63,405 bases of DNA, filler included, from Octopus bimaculoides (GCF_001194135.2; 5 parts of 5 records of this genome joined end to end with filler, not necessarily neighbours in it); one strand, 5' to 3'. Shown: positions 21,865 to 35,536, numbered from the whole stretch's first letter. Numbers and translations are program-made. Notes: generated from the letters alone by a model not told the origin.

Positions 21865-22749
21865 CAAAAAAGTGATTGTTATCAATGGAACGCATTTGAT
21901 CATATCATCAGATGTCTGCTTGATGGCAGTCAGCCTGGGGCTAAACAACAGCACTGGCAAAAACAACACCAACAACAGCACTAACAGCGACCTCACTAAC
22001 GTGCGGCCCAACAACAACCACTCTAACAGCACCACAAACAGCATCACAAAGTCCGCTAATAACAATAGCAGCTGAGACAACGCCGCTACGTACATGACTG
22101 CAAGAACACTGGCGAGGAGAAATTCATCTGCAAAACGATAAAAGATGGAACTGGTTCTGTGATGAGTCTCAGTAAGAACCAATAAATCGATGAAGTTAAT
22201 TATCCGAATAGACATATTTCAGGAACGGTTTCCATATGTCACACAAGTAATTATGTCCATCGAAATGTTATAAACATATCAGATATACCAATTACATTAT
22301 TACAGATGTTTATTTATTTCACAAACTTTACAAATATTATTCCTGGATGATGGTTTGTTTTGCTTTGCTTTTTCGGTTTTATTTTGGGGTTTTTGTTATG
22401 TATCTTTTTTTTTGTTTTTTGTGTGTTTGTTATTTTTCTTTTCTTTTTTTTTTACATACTACAAATTTTACTGAGATGATATTAATCATTCATTATTGCT
22501 GTAAATATAGTTATCGATGTCATCGCCGTTGCCGTTGTGTTCGTCGTCGCCGTCGTCATCGTGTTGTTGTTGTTGTTGTTGTCGTTCTTATTGCTGTTGA
22601 TGTTAACTTCATCGTTCTTTCGTTTATTGTAGTTTATAAATTGGTTTCTATATTGTTTTGGCAGCACACTTCCCTTAGTCAGTAAATACAATTATATTAT
22701 TAATTTATAGAAATATTTTTGTACATGCGCATATGGGAGTGCTTGTGCA

Positions 22750-22789
<40 letters not shown>

Positions 22790-23142
22790 AAAAAGAAAGA
22801 AAGAAAGAAAATATGTTGTGGGGTATTTTGTAAATTCGGTAATTGATCTTATTCAGAAAAATGCCCCCCTCCCCCACCGCCACACCACTTGACAATTCTC
22901 ATTTTTTTATGCATCATACTGTAAAGTAGTTTTATAACTATTTATTTTCGTTTTTAGTATCCAATTTCACCGAAATTATTCTTAATTTTGGCAGTCGAAC
23001 TTGGGCATTTTTGTGACCAAAGCAAAGGAAAATATGTCTTGTAGTTCGACTAACATAGTCTTTGTTTTTTTTTGTTTTTTTCAAATCGTACTTTTTAAAG
23101 AATTGCAGTGAAATAAAACTAAATTTAGCTTCCGAGTAAAAT

Positions 23143-23340
23143 CTTTTCTACTCAAAGCACAAGGCCCGAAATTTGGGGGTAGGGGGCCAGGCGATTACAT
23201 CGACACCAGTACGCAACTGGTACTTAATTTCTCGATCCCGAAAGGATGAAAGGCTAAGTCGACCTCGGCGGAATTTGAACTCAAAACGTAAAGACGGACG
23301 AAATACCGAGAAGCATTTCGTCCGGAGTGCTACCGTTTCT
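23143..23340 (-). mobile_element. tRNA-derived SINE, family M (central domain GAGGTCGACTTTGCCTTTCATCCTTTCGGGG)
   Basis: Reverse complement matches the copies at 26485 and 55799. The domain resembles my recollection of the Meta/Sauria-SINE central domain. Confidence 0.75.
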
Positions 23341-23559
23341 TATTTTTTTATTATCCATAAGGACATACATAGAAGGGACAGCACAATGAAGTCGAATGAT
23401 TTTACAAGAAATGCGATTGGGGTCCTTTTAAAAATTCTAAAAACATATATAATACGGATAATGATAGGACACAATAAGACATAACAGATGGAGTGGAGGT
23501 GGGATTATAACGGACCCCACGAACCCCGCCTTACCACTGACCTGGGTTTTTAAACCATA

Positions 23560-24590
23560 TCGCATTCACGCGGAGCCTTTCATGCCCAACATTCGTGCGA
23601 CATTCTTCCATCTTTTTCCAAACATGTCTTCAGTCAAACATCTCCTTTCCAACCCTATTTGCCTTTTTTAGGTGGAAGATGAAAAAATTCAGCAGATTAG
23701 GGCCAGAGATGAAGGTGCCGGACCTTATTCCTTTTATTCTTGTCCTCCATATAATCTCTCTCGCAGTTCCTACTACAGAGAGAAAACAATTCTTAACTTC
23801 TTTCGTTAAGAAATCTGGTGGGTTAATTTTCACTATAGATTCAGTCGACAGCTGTACTCTTCCTCCACCAGACATCAGTTGTTCGACATACACCTACACG
23901 TCAGACACTTCCGGGCACTGAACAATAGCGTGCGGGACGGTTTCCTTGTCCCGCCCACATCTTGGACAGATCGGAGTGTCTCGGCCACCGTGCCTTGAGA
24001 GTTTATCCCAGACAGGTAAGGCTCCGCGGTAATACTGCCATGCCAAAGACTTCTGAAAATTATCCAGGGGCTTCGGTCCGAATGTACGTTGGGACAGACT
24101 GATTATCGTCCAAACCTAGGGTCTCCCCCGATGTATCATCGCATTCCGCCTCTACAAACCCTCTATAAAAGACAGCGATGGAACCACTACCACAGGCATT
24201 GCCCGAGTGACGGAAAAGCAGGAGTGCCTTGCGACACTCCGTATACCATGTATCCAACTTCGATCTACGATTGAACCAGGTTTCCCGTCCACCAGAACCA
24301 GTGAACCTGAGACACATCTGTTTCGCCAGCGAAGACCACACCCGTTCACCATCCAGGTAGAGCCACGGGTGCCTCAGCCTCAGCGCATAAGTGCGCATCA
24401 ATAGCTAAGGTATCCCTAACCCACCCTTTAACGGTTGTTGACAGCAAATAGAGCATCTCACAAGCGGTTTCGAGCCCTGCCACAAGAAGTGGAAGAGCTG
24501 TCTTTCCAGCTTGATCAACCACGAATCAGGACAAGGCACGACCGTTAGGCGGTATGTGATGACCGATGCGATAAACACATTGGCCACCTC
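23560..24590 (-). mobile_element. Tx1/L1-clade ORF2 C-terminal relic
   Basis: VANVFIASVITYRLTVVPCP..LFHFLWQG..KGGLGIP; zinc knuckle CPRCGRDKETVPHAIVQC (about 23915-23975); ORF 23630..23893. Confidence 0.85.
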
Positions 24591-25130
24591 CACCCAAATC
24601 CACTCACAAGGCTTTGGTCGGCCCGAGACTATAATAGAAGACACTTGCCCAAGGTGCCACGCAGTGGGACTGAACCCGGAACCATGTGGTTACATTCCAG
24701 TCTTCCAATGATTTTACATTAAAGTTTAAATTGAATAAACTTGAACATCATAATTCACAGCCACTACACTTATTACGCAGTTCTGAAGATTCTATAAAGG
24801 GTTGATAATGGTTATTGAGACAGTTTTAAGACAAATTTTATTTCAAACACTCACTTAATAACTATGTCATACTTATAGTTCAACATTTAGACTTGTTATA
24901 TTATGGCAGAATCGTTAGCTCGTCGCACAAAAAGGTATTGGGGGTCGATATGGTTAATTTTGCCTTCTTCTCAAAAATTGCTGGCCTTGAATACCGCAAC
25001 TGACGGAATTCTATTCTAAGTGAACGCTGTCAGCTCGGTCACTTATACGCCATGGAAACCGAGTAACCAATCTTAGAAGTCCCAGAGCTCAAGAAAAGCA
25101 TTATTTCATTATAAGGTAATACATAGTAGT

Positions 25131-25521
25131 GGAGGTGCAATGGCCCAGTGGTTAGGGCAGCGGACTCGCGGTCATAGGATCGCGATTTTGATTCCTAGAC
25201 CGGGTGTTGTGAGTGTTTATTGAGCGAAAACACCTAAAAGCTCCACGAGGCTCCGGCAGGGGATGGTGGCGAACCCTGCTGTACTCTTCCACCACAACTT
25301 TCTCTCACTCTTACTTCCTGTTTCTGTTTTGCCTGTAATTCAAAGGGTCAGCCTTGTCACACTGTGTCACGCTGAATATCATCGAGAACTACGTTAAGGG
25401 TACACGTGTCTGTGGAGTTCTCAGCCACTTGCACGTTAATTTCACGAGCAGGCTGTTCCGTTGATCGGATCAACTGGAACCCTCGACGTCGTAAGCGACG
25501 GAGTGCCAACAACAACAACAA
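25131..25521 (+). mobile_element. Full-length tRNA-derived SINE, family B, with (CAA)n tail
   Basis: A box TGGCCCAGTGGTT, B-box-like TTTTGATTCC, tail ...GTCGTAAGCGACGGAGTGC(CAA)n; copies at 28164 and 31912. Confidence 0.88.
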
Positions 25522-26484
25522 TACATAGCTCATTCTCTGCTAAGTATATGATATTTCATTATTTTCTCATATTAGGGTTGCGAACTGGAAGAATCGTTAG
25601 CAACGGTGAACCGGACAAAATGCTTGGGAATATTTCTTCCGACTCATTTCGTTTTGAGTTCAAATTCCGCCGAGATCGAATTTACTCTTCAAGGTCGATA
25701 AAACAAGTATTAGTCGAGTACTAGTGTCGGTACAATCGATCATCAACTTCCCTAAAACTTTCAGTCCGATATTGGAAAGAATTAGTTCATGATTATATTA
25801 TTCATATAATTATTTTATAACTGTAATATAAACCATTTTGACCTCTCACCTTTTATACCGCAAGCGATCTTCTTATATTCACTTAACAATTCAAAATTTA
25901 TACTTGTTATATTATGGATGTATAATATTACACTATATTGTAAGAGATATCTTATTCTATGGTAAGTATGTGTTATCTTATAATTATATTACGCTTTAGT
26001 AAATTTAAAATAATTTGATCTCTCGCCTTTTAGTCACCCTATATATCTTCAAATATTCTAGCTATCTGATAACTCGTCTTGTAACTCCACTTTATTGTAA
26101 GTATCTGATATCTCAAGGAGGTAAATTTATCCAGTATAGTTTAGCTTAGTTTCAGTCTTCTATCATAATTTTACACTGATAAAATTTTAAGAATGTACTC
26201 AACTATTGTGATAGGAAGAGTGACATAGGAGGCGCGGTAACCCGTTGCAAACAGTTGCTTTCTCGGAATGTGGTTCATTGTCAGAGCACCGGTTCCCATC
26301 CTTCAACAGTTTTACGATTGTGGCGGAATATTTTCCGCTTTCCTTCTCTTATCTTTATAAATGTTTGCCTGACAGAATCTAGTTATTGTTTTTATTTGTT
26401 TATTTTAAACTGATTTTGGTTGATTTGAATTATTTGATCTTAGAGGTAATTCTTTCACAAAGTTTTCTATATTAAATACACAAA

Positions 26485-26695
26485 GGCGGCGAGCTGGCAG
26501 AATCGTAGCACGCCGGGCAAAATGCTCAGCAGCATTTCATCCCATCTTTACGTTCTGAGTTCAAACTCCACCGAGGTCGACTTTGCCTTTCATCCAATCA
26601 GGGTCAACAAAATAAGAACCAGTTGAACACTGGGGCCTATTTAATCAGCTTACCGCTTCCCCAACACTGCTGGCTTTGGGCCAAAATTTGAAACC
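26485..26695 (+). mobile_element. SINE family M
   Basis: GGCGGCGAGCTGGCAGAATCG head, central domain, tail GCTGGC..CCAAAATTTGAAACC. Confidence 0.8.
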
Positions 26696-28163
26696 GATAT
26701 TACAGATAGAAAAATTGCAAATGTGTCCTCAGAAAAATTGCAAATGTGTTCCTCACTAAGTCTTTAATGCTTCCTGCACTGCAGTATCGTCAATGTCTTG
26801 CGAAGGAAGTGTTTTAATTGTTCAAATCTGGACACGATTTCCATCAGATTCATTGTTGTATCTAGTGGAACCAATGCAAACCAAAAGAAAGCTTGAATCT
26901 ATGCCTTTGGCTACGTTAAGCTGGTAGTATTGATCTGCTAAGTCGAACAACGATACAGTCTTTACGTGCTCACTCGATTGATAGAAATAGAATCAAATCT
27001 CCTTCAAACCATATATTCGTGTCTTTAAAAGAAGACACGCTGAAAAATATAGTCTAAAGTACACGTTGTATGAAAAGTAGACTTAAAGGTAATATCTGAC
27101 ATACCTTTGTCATAAGTCTGCTTTTTCAATTTTGGCTTAGGGTCTATCAATAACAATAACGGTTTCCCAATTCTACTGAACTCCAGCTATCAAAGAAAAA
27201 AGGGGGTGATGTGTTCCATATGCCTCTGATTCCAGCTGCCAATCCTGCTTCATAAACGACAGCGATCATGGACCTCCATGCCGAATTCTAAAGGTTCATA
27301 ATTTAGTGGCGGGGATGCGATAAATTTACAGCTTACTCTGCTACGCTCCTCTTCTTCTGGACTTAATTTTGAGGCACAGGGCCTATCTAACCCTTCGGTA
27401 GGTAGACTGGCAAACGTGACATCAAAGCCTGTCTACATACTCTGTAACATATGTCTCTGTAACATATGTCTAGGGACCAACCCGCCGCCGAATCCTATAT
27501 GGTTTAATCACGAGATAGTTTTCTGCTATTTGATCCATTACTGGAGCCTTTTACTGGTACTACTACACTGAGTATACGTGGGAGTAGCGGTAACTAAGAG
27601 GTTACCCTGTACTCCCCAAAACTCTTGAGCTCCCAAGCTCTAACCACCTCCGCTCCACTCGTTGCAGTTTAATGTCTTACCCAGGACAAATTCCATTACA
27701 ATTTTGACATGTCTGTCCTCGCTGATGCTTGCACCAACGCATACCACTCTATTTCTCCCTCCCTCATACCAGAGTTCACATGTACTTTTAGAATTAATGA
27801 ATCAATTTTGCTAATTATGACTGTCAGAAACGTTTAGAGATTAGAAAAAGAACAAAACTTTCTCCACCTTTGTGTGATTGTCAAAGGTCATTGTCTACTG
27901 ACTCTGGAACATTTCTGCATACACAAGAGACAACTGAGATTCCACACAGTCCTTGTCAGTCTCACGATCGTAACGTCGTAGGTTCGATTCCCACAGTGAG
28001 CACTTCATTTCGTTTGGCTCAAATCAGCTTAACTGAAAATGGGTAACGTGCGTCGGCTTCTCAGCAGTGCCTCGGAGATCATAAGATGAACATTTTTCAG
28101 ATGTAAGATGTTAACAGCCATTGGTGGTTACAAAAGCTGGATAATTATTGCCTCCCAGCAAGC

Positions 28164-28607
28164 GTTGTTGTTGGCACTCCGTCGCTTACGACGTCGAGGG
28201 TTCCAGTTGATCCGATCAACGGAACAGCCTGCTCGTGAAATTAACGTGCAAGTGGCTGAGCACTCCACAACAGACACGTGTACTCTTANNNNNNNNNNNN
28301 NNNNNNNNNNNNNNNNNNNNNNNNNNNNNNNNNNNNNNNNNNNNNNNNNNNNNNNNNNNNNNNNNNNNNNNNNNNNNNNNNNNNNNNNNNNNNNNNNNNN
28401 NNNNNNNNNNNNNNNNNNNNNNNNNNNNNNNNNNNNNNNNNNNNNNNNNNNNNNNNNNNNNNNNNNNNNNNNNNNNNNNNNNNNNNNNNNNNNNNNNNNN
28501 NNNNNNNNNNNNNNNNNNNNNNNNNNNACAACGCCCGGTCTGGGAATCGAAACCGCGATCCTATGACCGCGAGTCCGCTGCCCTAACCACTGGGCCATTG
28601 CGCCTCC
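28164..28607 (-). mobile_element. SINE family B spanning an N gap
   Basis: Tail at 28164-28288 and head at 28528-28607 are reverse complements of the 25131 copy. Confidence 0.85.
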
Positions 28608-28965
28608 ACATCCAAGCACGCATAGTTAAGCAAAAAACTTGTAACTTTCGAAGCATTGCTGTTGCTTACATCATTTGTTTAATTCGGTCGTCTGAAATGA
28701 TCGCGAGAGAACTAAACATCTTAAACTATATTCACCACCGCTTTGGTAACTCATATATAAAAAAAGCAAGAAAGTAATTGTTGAACGCAGTGACGCTCTG
28801 AAAACAGAAGCAAGATTGAGTACTTTTCCCTTATAAGACAAGAAAACATTTGCTAGCAGGATGCTACAGGTATTTAGACCGTGCCCCTCATACACCGGCT
28901 GATAACTCTACCATTAAGCTGAGCGGTTTGCTGACAACAATTACTGTCAATTTTAAAGCTAAATA

Positions 28966-29199
28966 CAGTAATTCCTCTTTATATCGCGGTTCACCAATCG
29001 TGCACTCAGTACATCGCGGTTCATCTATCGCGCCCTCAGTACATCGCGGATTTTTCTGGCTAATATATGTAAATTTATATCGCGGAATCTTCAGTATATC
29101 ACGAGTTTCTGCGGCCAATAGGAATATATTTTTTTAGATCTTAATTATTTCTGTGGGAGGTTTTGGAACGTAAAACCTGCGATAGTCGAGGGGTTAGCG
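28966..29199. mobile_element. Tigger/pogo-like MITE (TA TSD), CpG-rich copy
   Basis: TA|CAGTAATTCCTC...CGATAGTCGAGGGGTTAGCG|TA; internal sequence is the reverse complement of 58022-58227. Confidence 0.75.
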
Positions 29200-29283
29200 T
29201 AATAGCTTTTGGAATGCGACGAATTTTACTGATAAGAAAGTAAATTTCGAGAGTAGTATAGCTGGGAAAAAGATCATTTTGTA

Positions 29284-29318
<35 letters not shown>

Positions 29319-29493
29319 NNNNNNNNNNNNNNNAAAATGATATATATATGTTTTATGGAAGACCAGCAGTCGCCCATGCACACCGGCCTTCCTTCTCCAC
29401 GCCACCAGTGTTATCCAAGGGAAAGGCAAACGCTCTAACCACTGAGTCATGCGCCTTCACCACACATACACATACACACGCATACACACACAT

Positions 29494-29551
<58 letters not shown>

Positions 29552-30838
29552 CACAACAGACTTCTTCAATAGCCATATACTAAATTCTTTTCTCAAACTA
29601 TTAGTCGAACGAGGGATGTAGTAGAAGACATCTGGATGCCAAAAGTGCTGTGCAAAGGGACCGAACCTGGAACCACACGGTTTTGAAAGGAACTTATTAA
29701 TCACACATGCCTCTGCTATATTTGAGACCCTTTTATTACTTCTGTTATGTAGCTTCTGTTAGGTAGCATTTAATTTTTTTAATTAACGACTCTTCCATTC
29801 CTATTTAAATACTCTGTCACGTCTTAATGGCATTTTGTACGTTGTCTTTCAACGGAAATTTTCTTGTATTTCATTATGATTGAATTAAAGCCAAATTCTC
29901 CAGTGTTTGTTGCTGATGTTTAATTTTTTTGTTGCTGATGTTGTTTTCTTAAGGCTTGCTAAATGAAGAAAGATATATCAAAGCTTTCCAGACTAACTGG
30001 ACAAAGGGAAAGTGCTACCATCAGACCAGAGACGTGGTTCGACTAATTTAAGTGGAATCTGCTCAGTTTTCGCCAGGTTTACGTGGTGCTTTTAAACCTT
30101 GCGACGTATTGGATCTAACGTCTACCAACAGGAACTATTTCACTACCTGGCACCCACACAGTTTATCTCTATCAAATGTTTTATTCGATCCGAGGCAACA
30201 GTCGAAAATACTTGATCCGTGTACTGTGCGGAGGAATTTCAACCTGAAACACGTTTCTTACGTGACAAACGTCTTACCTACACAACAACAGCCGCACTTA
30301 TTTTCAACTTATTGAACTTCTGCCATACAATGAATTCTTGATGCGAGTTATGTCTCTTTCGTTTTGTTCTTTTAATATTATTACTCACGGTGTTGCAATT
30401 AATATTTTATTTCTTATTCTATCCGAATCTTATCTCTGTGCCGTCTCTTCAATTAGACTTAATCTATTTTTGGCTTGTTCAAGTGCTTCATAATATATTT
30501 ACTTTTACGTTGTAGGTATCTCTTGTTTACTTGTAATCAATTTATGTGTGATTGTACTTAACTGTTTCACTACACTGTGCGGTGCTTTTGTGTTCGGTCA
30601 GATAATATTGATGTGATCAGTCTTGTAGTTTTGGTATCTTCTTTCCTGTTTTCAACTGGCGTTGTTTTGATCAGGCTATCAACGATCAACTTTAAGATGC
30701 AACGTTGAGATGATGAAGGAATCGATAATCAACAGAAGTGCTTAGGATCATCCTGTGGGAGCGGGTGAGTGGGTGGGTTATATGCGCGAGCATCAACTTA
30801 TGTTTGTATGGGTAATGTTTCTCTCTCCCTCTCTCTCC

Positions 30839-30892
<54 letters not shown>

Positions 30893-31072
30893 TGCTCTCA
30901 CTATATTTTTATCTTTCCTCTTTTACTTGTTTCAGTCTGGTACTTATTCTATCGGTTTTTTTTGCCGAATGCTAAGTTACGAGGACGTAAACACACCAAC
31001 ATCGGTTGTCAAATCGGCAGAAGACAGACACACACACACCACACACGCATACATGCACACACGCATAGATAG

Positions 31073-31133
<61 letters not shown>

Positions 31134-31911
31134 NNNNNNNNNNNNNNNNNNNNNNNNNNNNNNNNNNNNNNNNNNNNNNNNNNNNNNNNNNNNNNNNNNN
31201 NNNNNNNNNNNNNNNNNNNNNNNNNNNNNNNNNNNNNNNNNNNNNNNNNNNNNNNNNNNNNNNNNNNNNNNNNNNNNNNNNNNNNNNNNNNNNNNNNNNN
31301 NNNNNNNNNNNNNNNNNNNNNNNNNNNNNNNNNNNNNNNNNNNNNNNNNNNNNNNNNNNNNNNNNNNNNNNNNNNNNNNNNNNNNNNNNNNNNNNNNNNN
31401 NNNNNNNNNNNNNNNNNNNNNNNNNNNNNNNNNNNNNNNNNNNNNNNNNNNNNNNNNNNNNNNNNNNNNNNNNNNNNNNNNNNNNNNNNNNNNNNNNNNN
31501 NNNNNNNNNNNNNNNNNNNNNNNNNNNNNNNNNNNNNNNNNNNNNNNNNNNNNNNNNNNNNNNNNNNNNNNNNNNNNNNNNNNNNNNNNNNNNNNNNNNN
31601 NNNNNNNNNNNNNNNNNNNNNNNNNNNNNNNNNNNNNNNNNNNNNNNNNNNNNNNNNNNNNNNNNNNNNNNNNNNNNNNNNNGGGGGGGGGGGTCATTAG
31701 AAGATTATAAATCCCGTAGCAGCGGATTAGTGGGACGGTGTAACTGTTGGACCGCATGGTATAAATGTATGAATATGTCTATCTTTCCCTCTTTTTCTTT
31801 ATGTAGTTATTGCCACATTACCACAGTACCACAGTAGTGAATTTCAGTGTTTTACTCTTCTAGCCGCCCTTTCTTACTACTCATTAAAGGCTTTGTTACT
31901 TTTGGAGAAAT

Positions 31912-32200
31912 GGAGGCGCAATGGCCCAGTGGTTAGGGCAGCGGACTCGCGGTCATAGGATCGCGGTTTCGATTCCCAGATCGGGCGTTGTGAGTGTTTA
32001 TTGGGCGAAAACACCTAAAGCTCCACGAAGCTCCTGCTGGGTATGGTGGCGAACCCTGCTGTACTCTTTCACCACAACTTTCTCTCACTCTTTCTTCCTG
32101 TTTCTGTTGTGCCTGTAATTCAAAGGGTCAGCCTTGTCACACTGTCACGATGAATATCCCCGAGAACTACGTTAAGGGTACACGTGACTGTGGAGTGCTC
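31912..32200 (+). mobile_element. SINE family B, 5' part, running into a gap
   Basis: GGAGGCGCAATGGCCCAGTGGTTAGGGCAGCGGACTCGCGG..GGTTTCGATTCCC, matching 25131. Confidence 0.88.
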
Positions 32201-32905
32201 NNNNNNNNNNNNNNNNNNNNNNNNNNNNNNNNNNNNNNNNNNNNNNNNNNNNNNNNNNNNNNNNNNNNNNNNNNNNNNNNNNNNNNNNNNNNNNNNNNNN
32301 NNNNNNNNNNNNNNNNNNNNNNNNNNNNNNNNNNNNNNNNNNNNNNNNNNNNNNNNNNNNNNNNNNNNNNNNNNNNNNNNNNNNNNNNNNNNNNNNNNNN
32401 NNNNNNNNNNNNNNNNNNNNNNNNNNNNNNNNNNNNNNNNNNNNNNNNNNNNNNNNNNNNNNNNNNNNNNNNNNNNNNNNNNNNNNNNNNNNNNNNNNNN
32501 NNNNNNNNNNNNNNNNNNNNNNNNNNNNNNNNNNNNNNNNNNNNNNNNNNNNNNNNNNNNNNNNNNNNNNNNNNNNNNNNNNNNNNNNNNNNNNNNNNNN
32601 NNNNNNNNNNNNNNNNNNNNNNNNNNNNNNNNNNNNNNNNNNNNNNNNNNNNNNNNNNNNNNNNNNNNNNNNNNNNNNNNNNNNNNNNNNNNNNNNNNNN
32701 NNNNNNNNNNNNNNNNNNNNNNNNNNNNNNNNNNNNNNNNNNNNNNNNNNNNNNNNNNNNGGCCCGAGGCTATAGTAGAAGACACTTGCCCAAGGTGCCA
32801 CGCAGTGGGACTGAACCTGGAGCCATTCGGTTCGTAAACAAGCTACTTACCACACAGCCACTCCTACGACAATGCTCTTTTTCTCTTTTATTTCACATCA
32901 CTTTA

Positions 32906-32954
<49 letters not shown>

Positions 32955-33204
32955 CCTCTCTCTCTCTCTAGTTGTAACTCTCATTGTCGTAATGATCAAG
33001 TTAAAGATTCCACGAATCAAGCTCAGCAGATACACTCTTGCATGGAATTGGCGCACACAGATGGCGTCGTCGGCAATGCAACCCTCGACCAGCTCGAGAA
33101 TACAAATAACTAGATATTTAAAAAAAATTGGACCACCTTCAAACTATTTATACTAAAGTCAATAAACAAGTCAGAGAAATTATGAAAGGGACACCTTGTA
33201 ATAA

Positions 33205-33647
33205 TGATTTCAAATTTTGGCATAAGGTCAGTAAGTTCGGGATCGGGGGAAGGTCAATTATATCCACCCGTGTTTAACTGGTACTTGTTTTATCGACCCC
33301 GGAAGGACGAAAGGCAAAGTGGAACTCGGTGAAATTTGAACTCAGAACGTGAGGATGGATGAAATACCGCTCATTATTTTGACCAGCGTACTAACGATTC
33401 TGCCAGCTCGCCGCCTTAGAGACATCATATTATCCTTTATACTATAGGCACAGGGGTCTGACATATGTGGGGAGGGGACTAGTCGACTATATCGACCCCA
33501 GTGTTTCACTGGTACTTAATTTATCAACCCCGAAAGGATGAAAAGCAAAGTCGACCTCTGCAGAATTTGAATCCAGAACGTAGCGACGGGCGGAATACTG
33601 CTAAACATTTCGTTCAACGTGCTAACGATTCTGTCTGCTCACCACCG
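33205..33647 (-). mobile_element. Two adjacent SINE family M copies
   Basis: Copies at about 33205-33416 and 33431-33647; the second is flanked by the 14-bp direct repeat TAGAGACATCATAT (33417-33430, 33648-33661). Confidence 0.8.
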
Positions 33648-33764
33648 TAGAGACATCATATACTATTGACACTAATATTACATGTCAATAAAAATAAACC
33701 CAAATTTACTGCACACCAAGTGGCTGTTTATTGTTATATTTTAAATGGTTAGGCAAGGAAGTAG

Positions 33765-35395
33765 AATTTGCTTCTTTGGTGGTCAGTTTGGAACTGGAAA
33801 AATATTATTGATTATTCAGTCTTCCAAAATCCGTCAACATAAAAACATATCCATTACAATTGTTTCTTTAGATGCTGCTCTTATTATCCTTTTTGGAATC
33901 TTGTAGCACATCCTGTTTTCACGCTCATCTTGGATTTGAGCATAAATGATACACTTCTTTGAAATAGTACAAGAATTCGGAAAAAGGTGGGTTTTTAAGA
34001 TGCTAAATAATTGTCTGGAATAAATGCACAATGGCATACAAGAGAAGAAACCTCTGAAGTTGCTGGGAAATTCGAAAATAGATCTCCAGTGGGAGCTATA
34101 ACAATAGTGTTGTGAAATCCCAAAACAAAATGAAAAGTTGATCAAATTAGGAAGTATATTGAATTATAATTGCTTTGGACCAAAGTTAAAGTCTTGAAAT
34201 CGTTTACAAACATGAGAATCAATCATTTTGGAGTTCAGTTGTTTGGCCATTTGGCCAAAAACTTATTACAAGTTTGAGAGGGAACATTTTGTTTCATGGT
34301 CTTCGCTCAAAATCCAATCCTATAGTCCTTAAAAGCTTACAAATTCATAGTGAAAGTGTTCCTTGATCTGCAACTTTAACTGTAAATGGCTGTGCTTTAA
34401 GAATTGTTTGAATGACATCATCAACTCGCAGCTGATGCAGGAGATCCCAAGAAATAATCATACCGAATAGATCAGAAAGAAATAGTTCGTTATCCTGCAG
34501 ATTTTTAAAATTCTAAAGAACCTTCAAATGTATAGATCTCAAGGAAAAAAACATTTCCTAGACTGCTGCAACGTTATTTAACTCCGCTACAGTTATGCAA
34601 GGGTTAAGCAGCTTATGTTAGATATCATAGAGACCGCAAATCTCAATAGTTTGTCAGGAAAGACGATGCAGTAACACCTGTAATTCCACTCCTATCAACA
34701 GGTATGCCCTTCAAGACTTCAGCTTCCTTCACACCTATATTTTGCCATGGCAATCAATAAATCCCAATGGTAAACAGCTGCTGGAATGCATCATGAAGAA
34801 TATTGCTTTGCTAATGGCCAATTTTATGGAAGTTGCTCAACAGCTGGGAGCTCCTATAATCTCTTCATTTATGCCCAAGTTGGTAAAACGAAAATTATTT
34901 TATATCCTGAGGTGTTTCATGACAATATTCAGAATTATCACGACTATGATGGATACAGCCTAGGGTTCATCACATCTAATATAATTTATTTTTTTATCAC
35001 TACATCTTTTGCAGTTTTAATATTCAATATGAGAATATTATTTCCATGAACGGTTTCTATTCATTTTTCGAATTATTTTTGAGAATTAAAGTATATCAAG
35101 AGATAATATATCAAATAATGGTGTGAAATTAAATAAAAGTATTTTCACATTTATTTAGTTTTGCGTTCTTGTTTAATTTGTTTCGATATATCCTAAACAC
35201 AAATTGTGAATATACTTTTGATATTGGGAATATATCTATGACTGGGTGTATAGTATTGAACAGCTATAAACCTATTAGATTTCAATTTAGTTTGTTTTAT
35301 TACATGAAAATAATAGTTATATTAAAACGAATATAACTTCATTACGAACAATTTATTGCTACATTAGATCCTGGAGAACGCCGAATATTCTTATA
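33765..35395 (+). mobile_element. Helitron relic: Pif1-type helicase pseudogene plus degenerate 3' terminus
   Basis: CFFGGQFGTGKILLII (Walker A), AHPVFTLILDL, IVWNKCTMAYK (Walker B region), FAMAINKSQ, CFANGQFYGSCS..NLFIYAQVGKTKIILYPEVF. CCTGGAGAACGCCGAATATTC at 35370-35390 resembles a Helitron terminal hairpin. Confidence 0.82.
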
Positions 35396-35420
35396 TACGT
35401 GCTTATGTGTGCGTATGTGC

Positions 35421-35536
<116 letters not shown>

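Noticed and set aside
25131-25210. tRNA gene calls at SINE heads (also 28530-28607, 31912-31990, 40807-40880)
   Set aside because: A and B boxes are present, but there is no complete acceptor stem or poly-T terminator, and each continues into a SINE body.
29952-30315. Acceptor-like TTGTTTTCTTAAG followed by short open frames and ORF 30052..30315
   Set aside because: No recognisable domain, no good donor, and frames close quickly.
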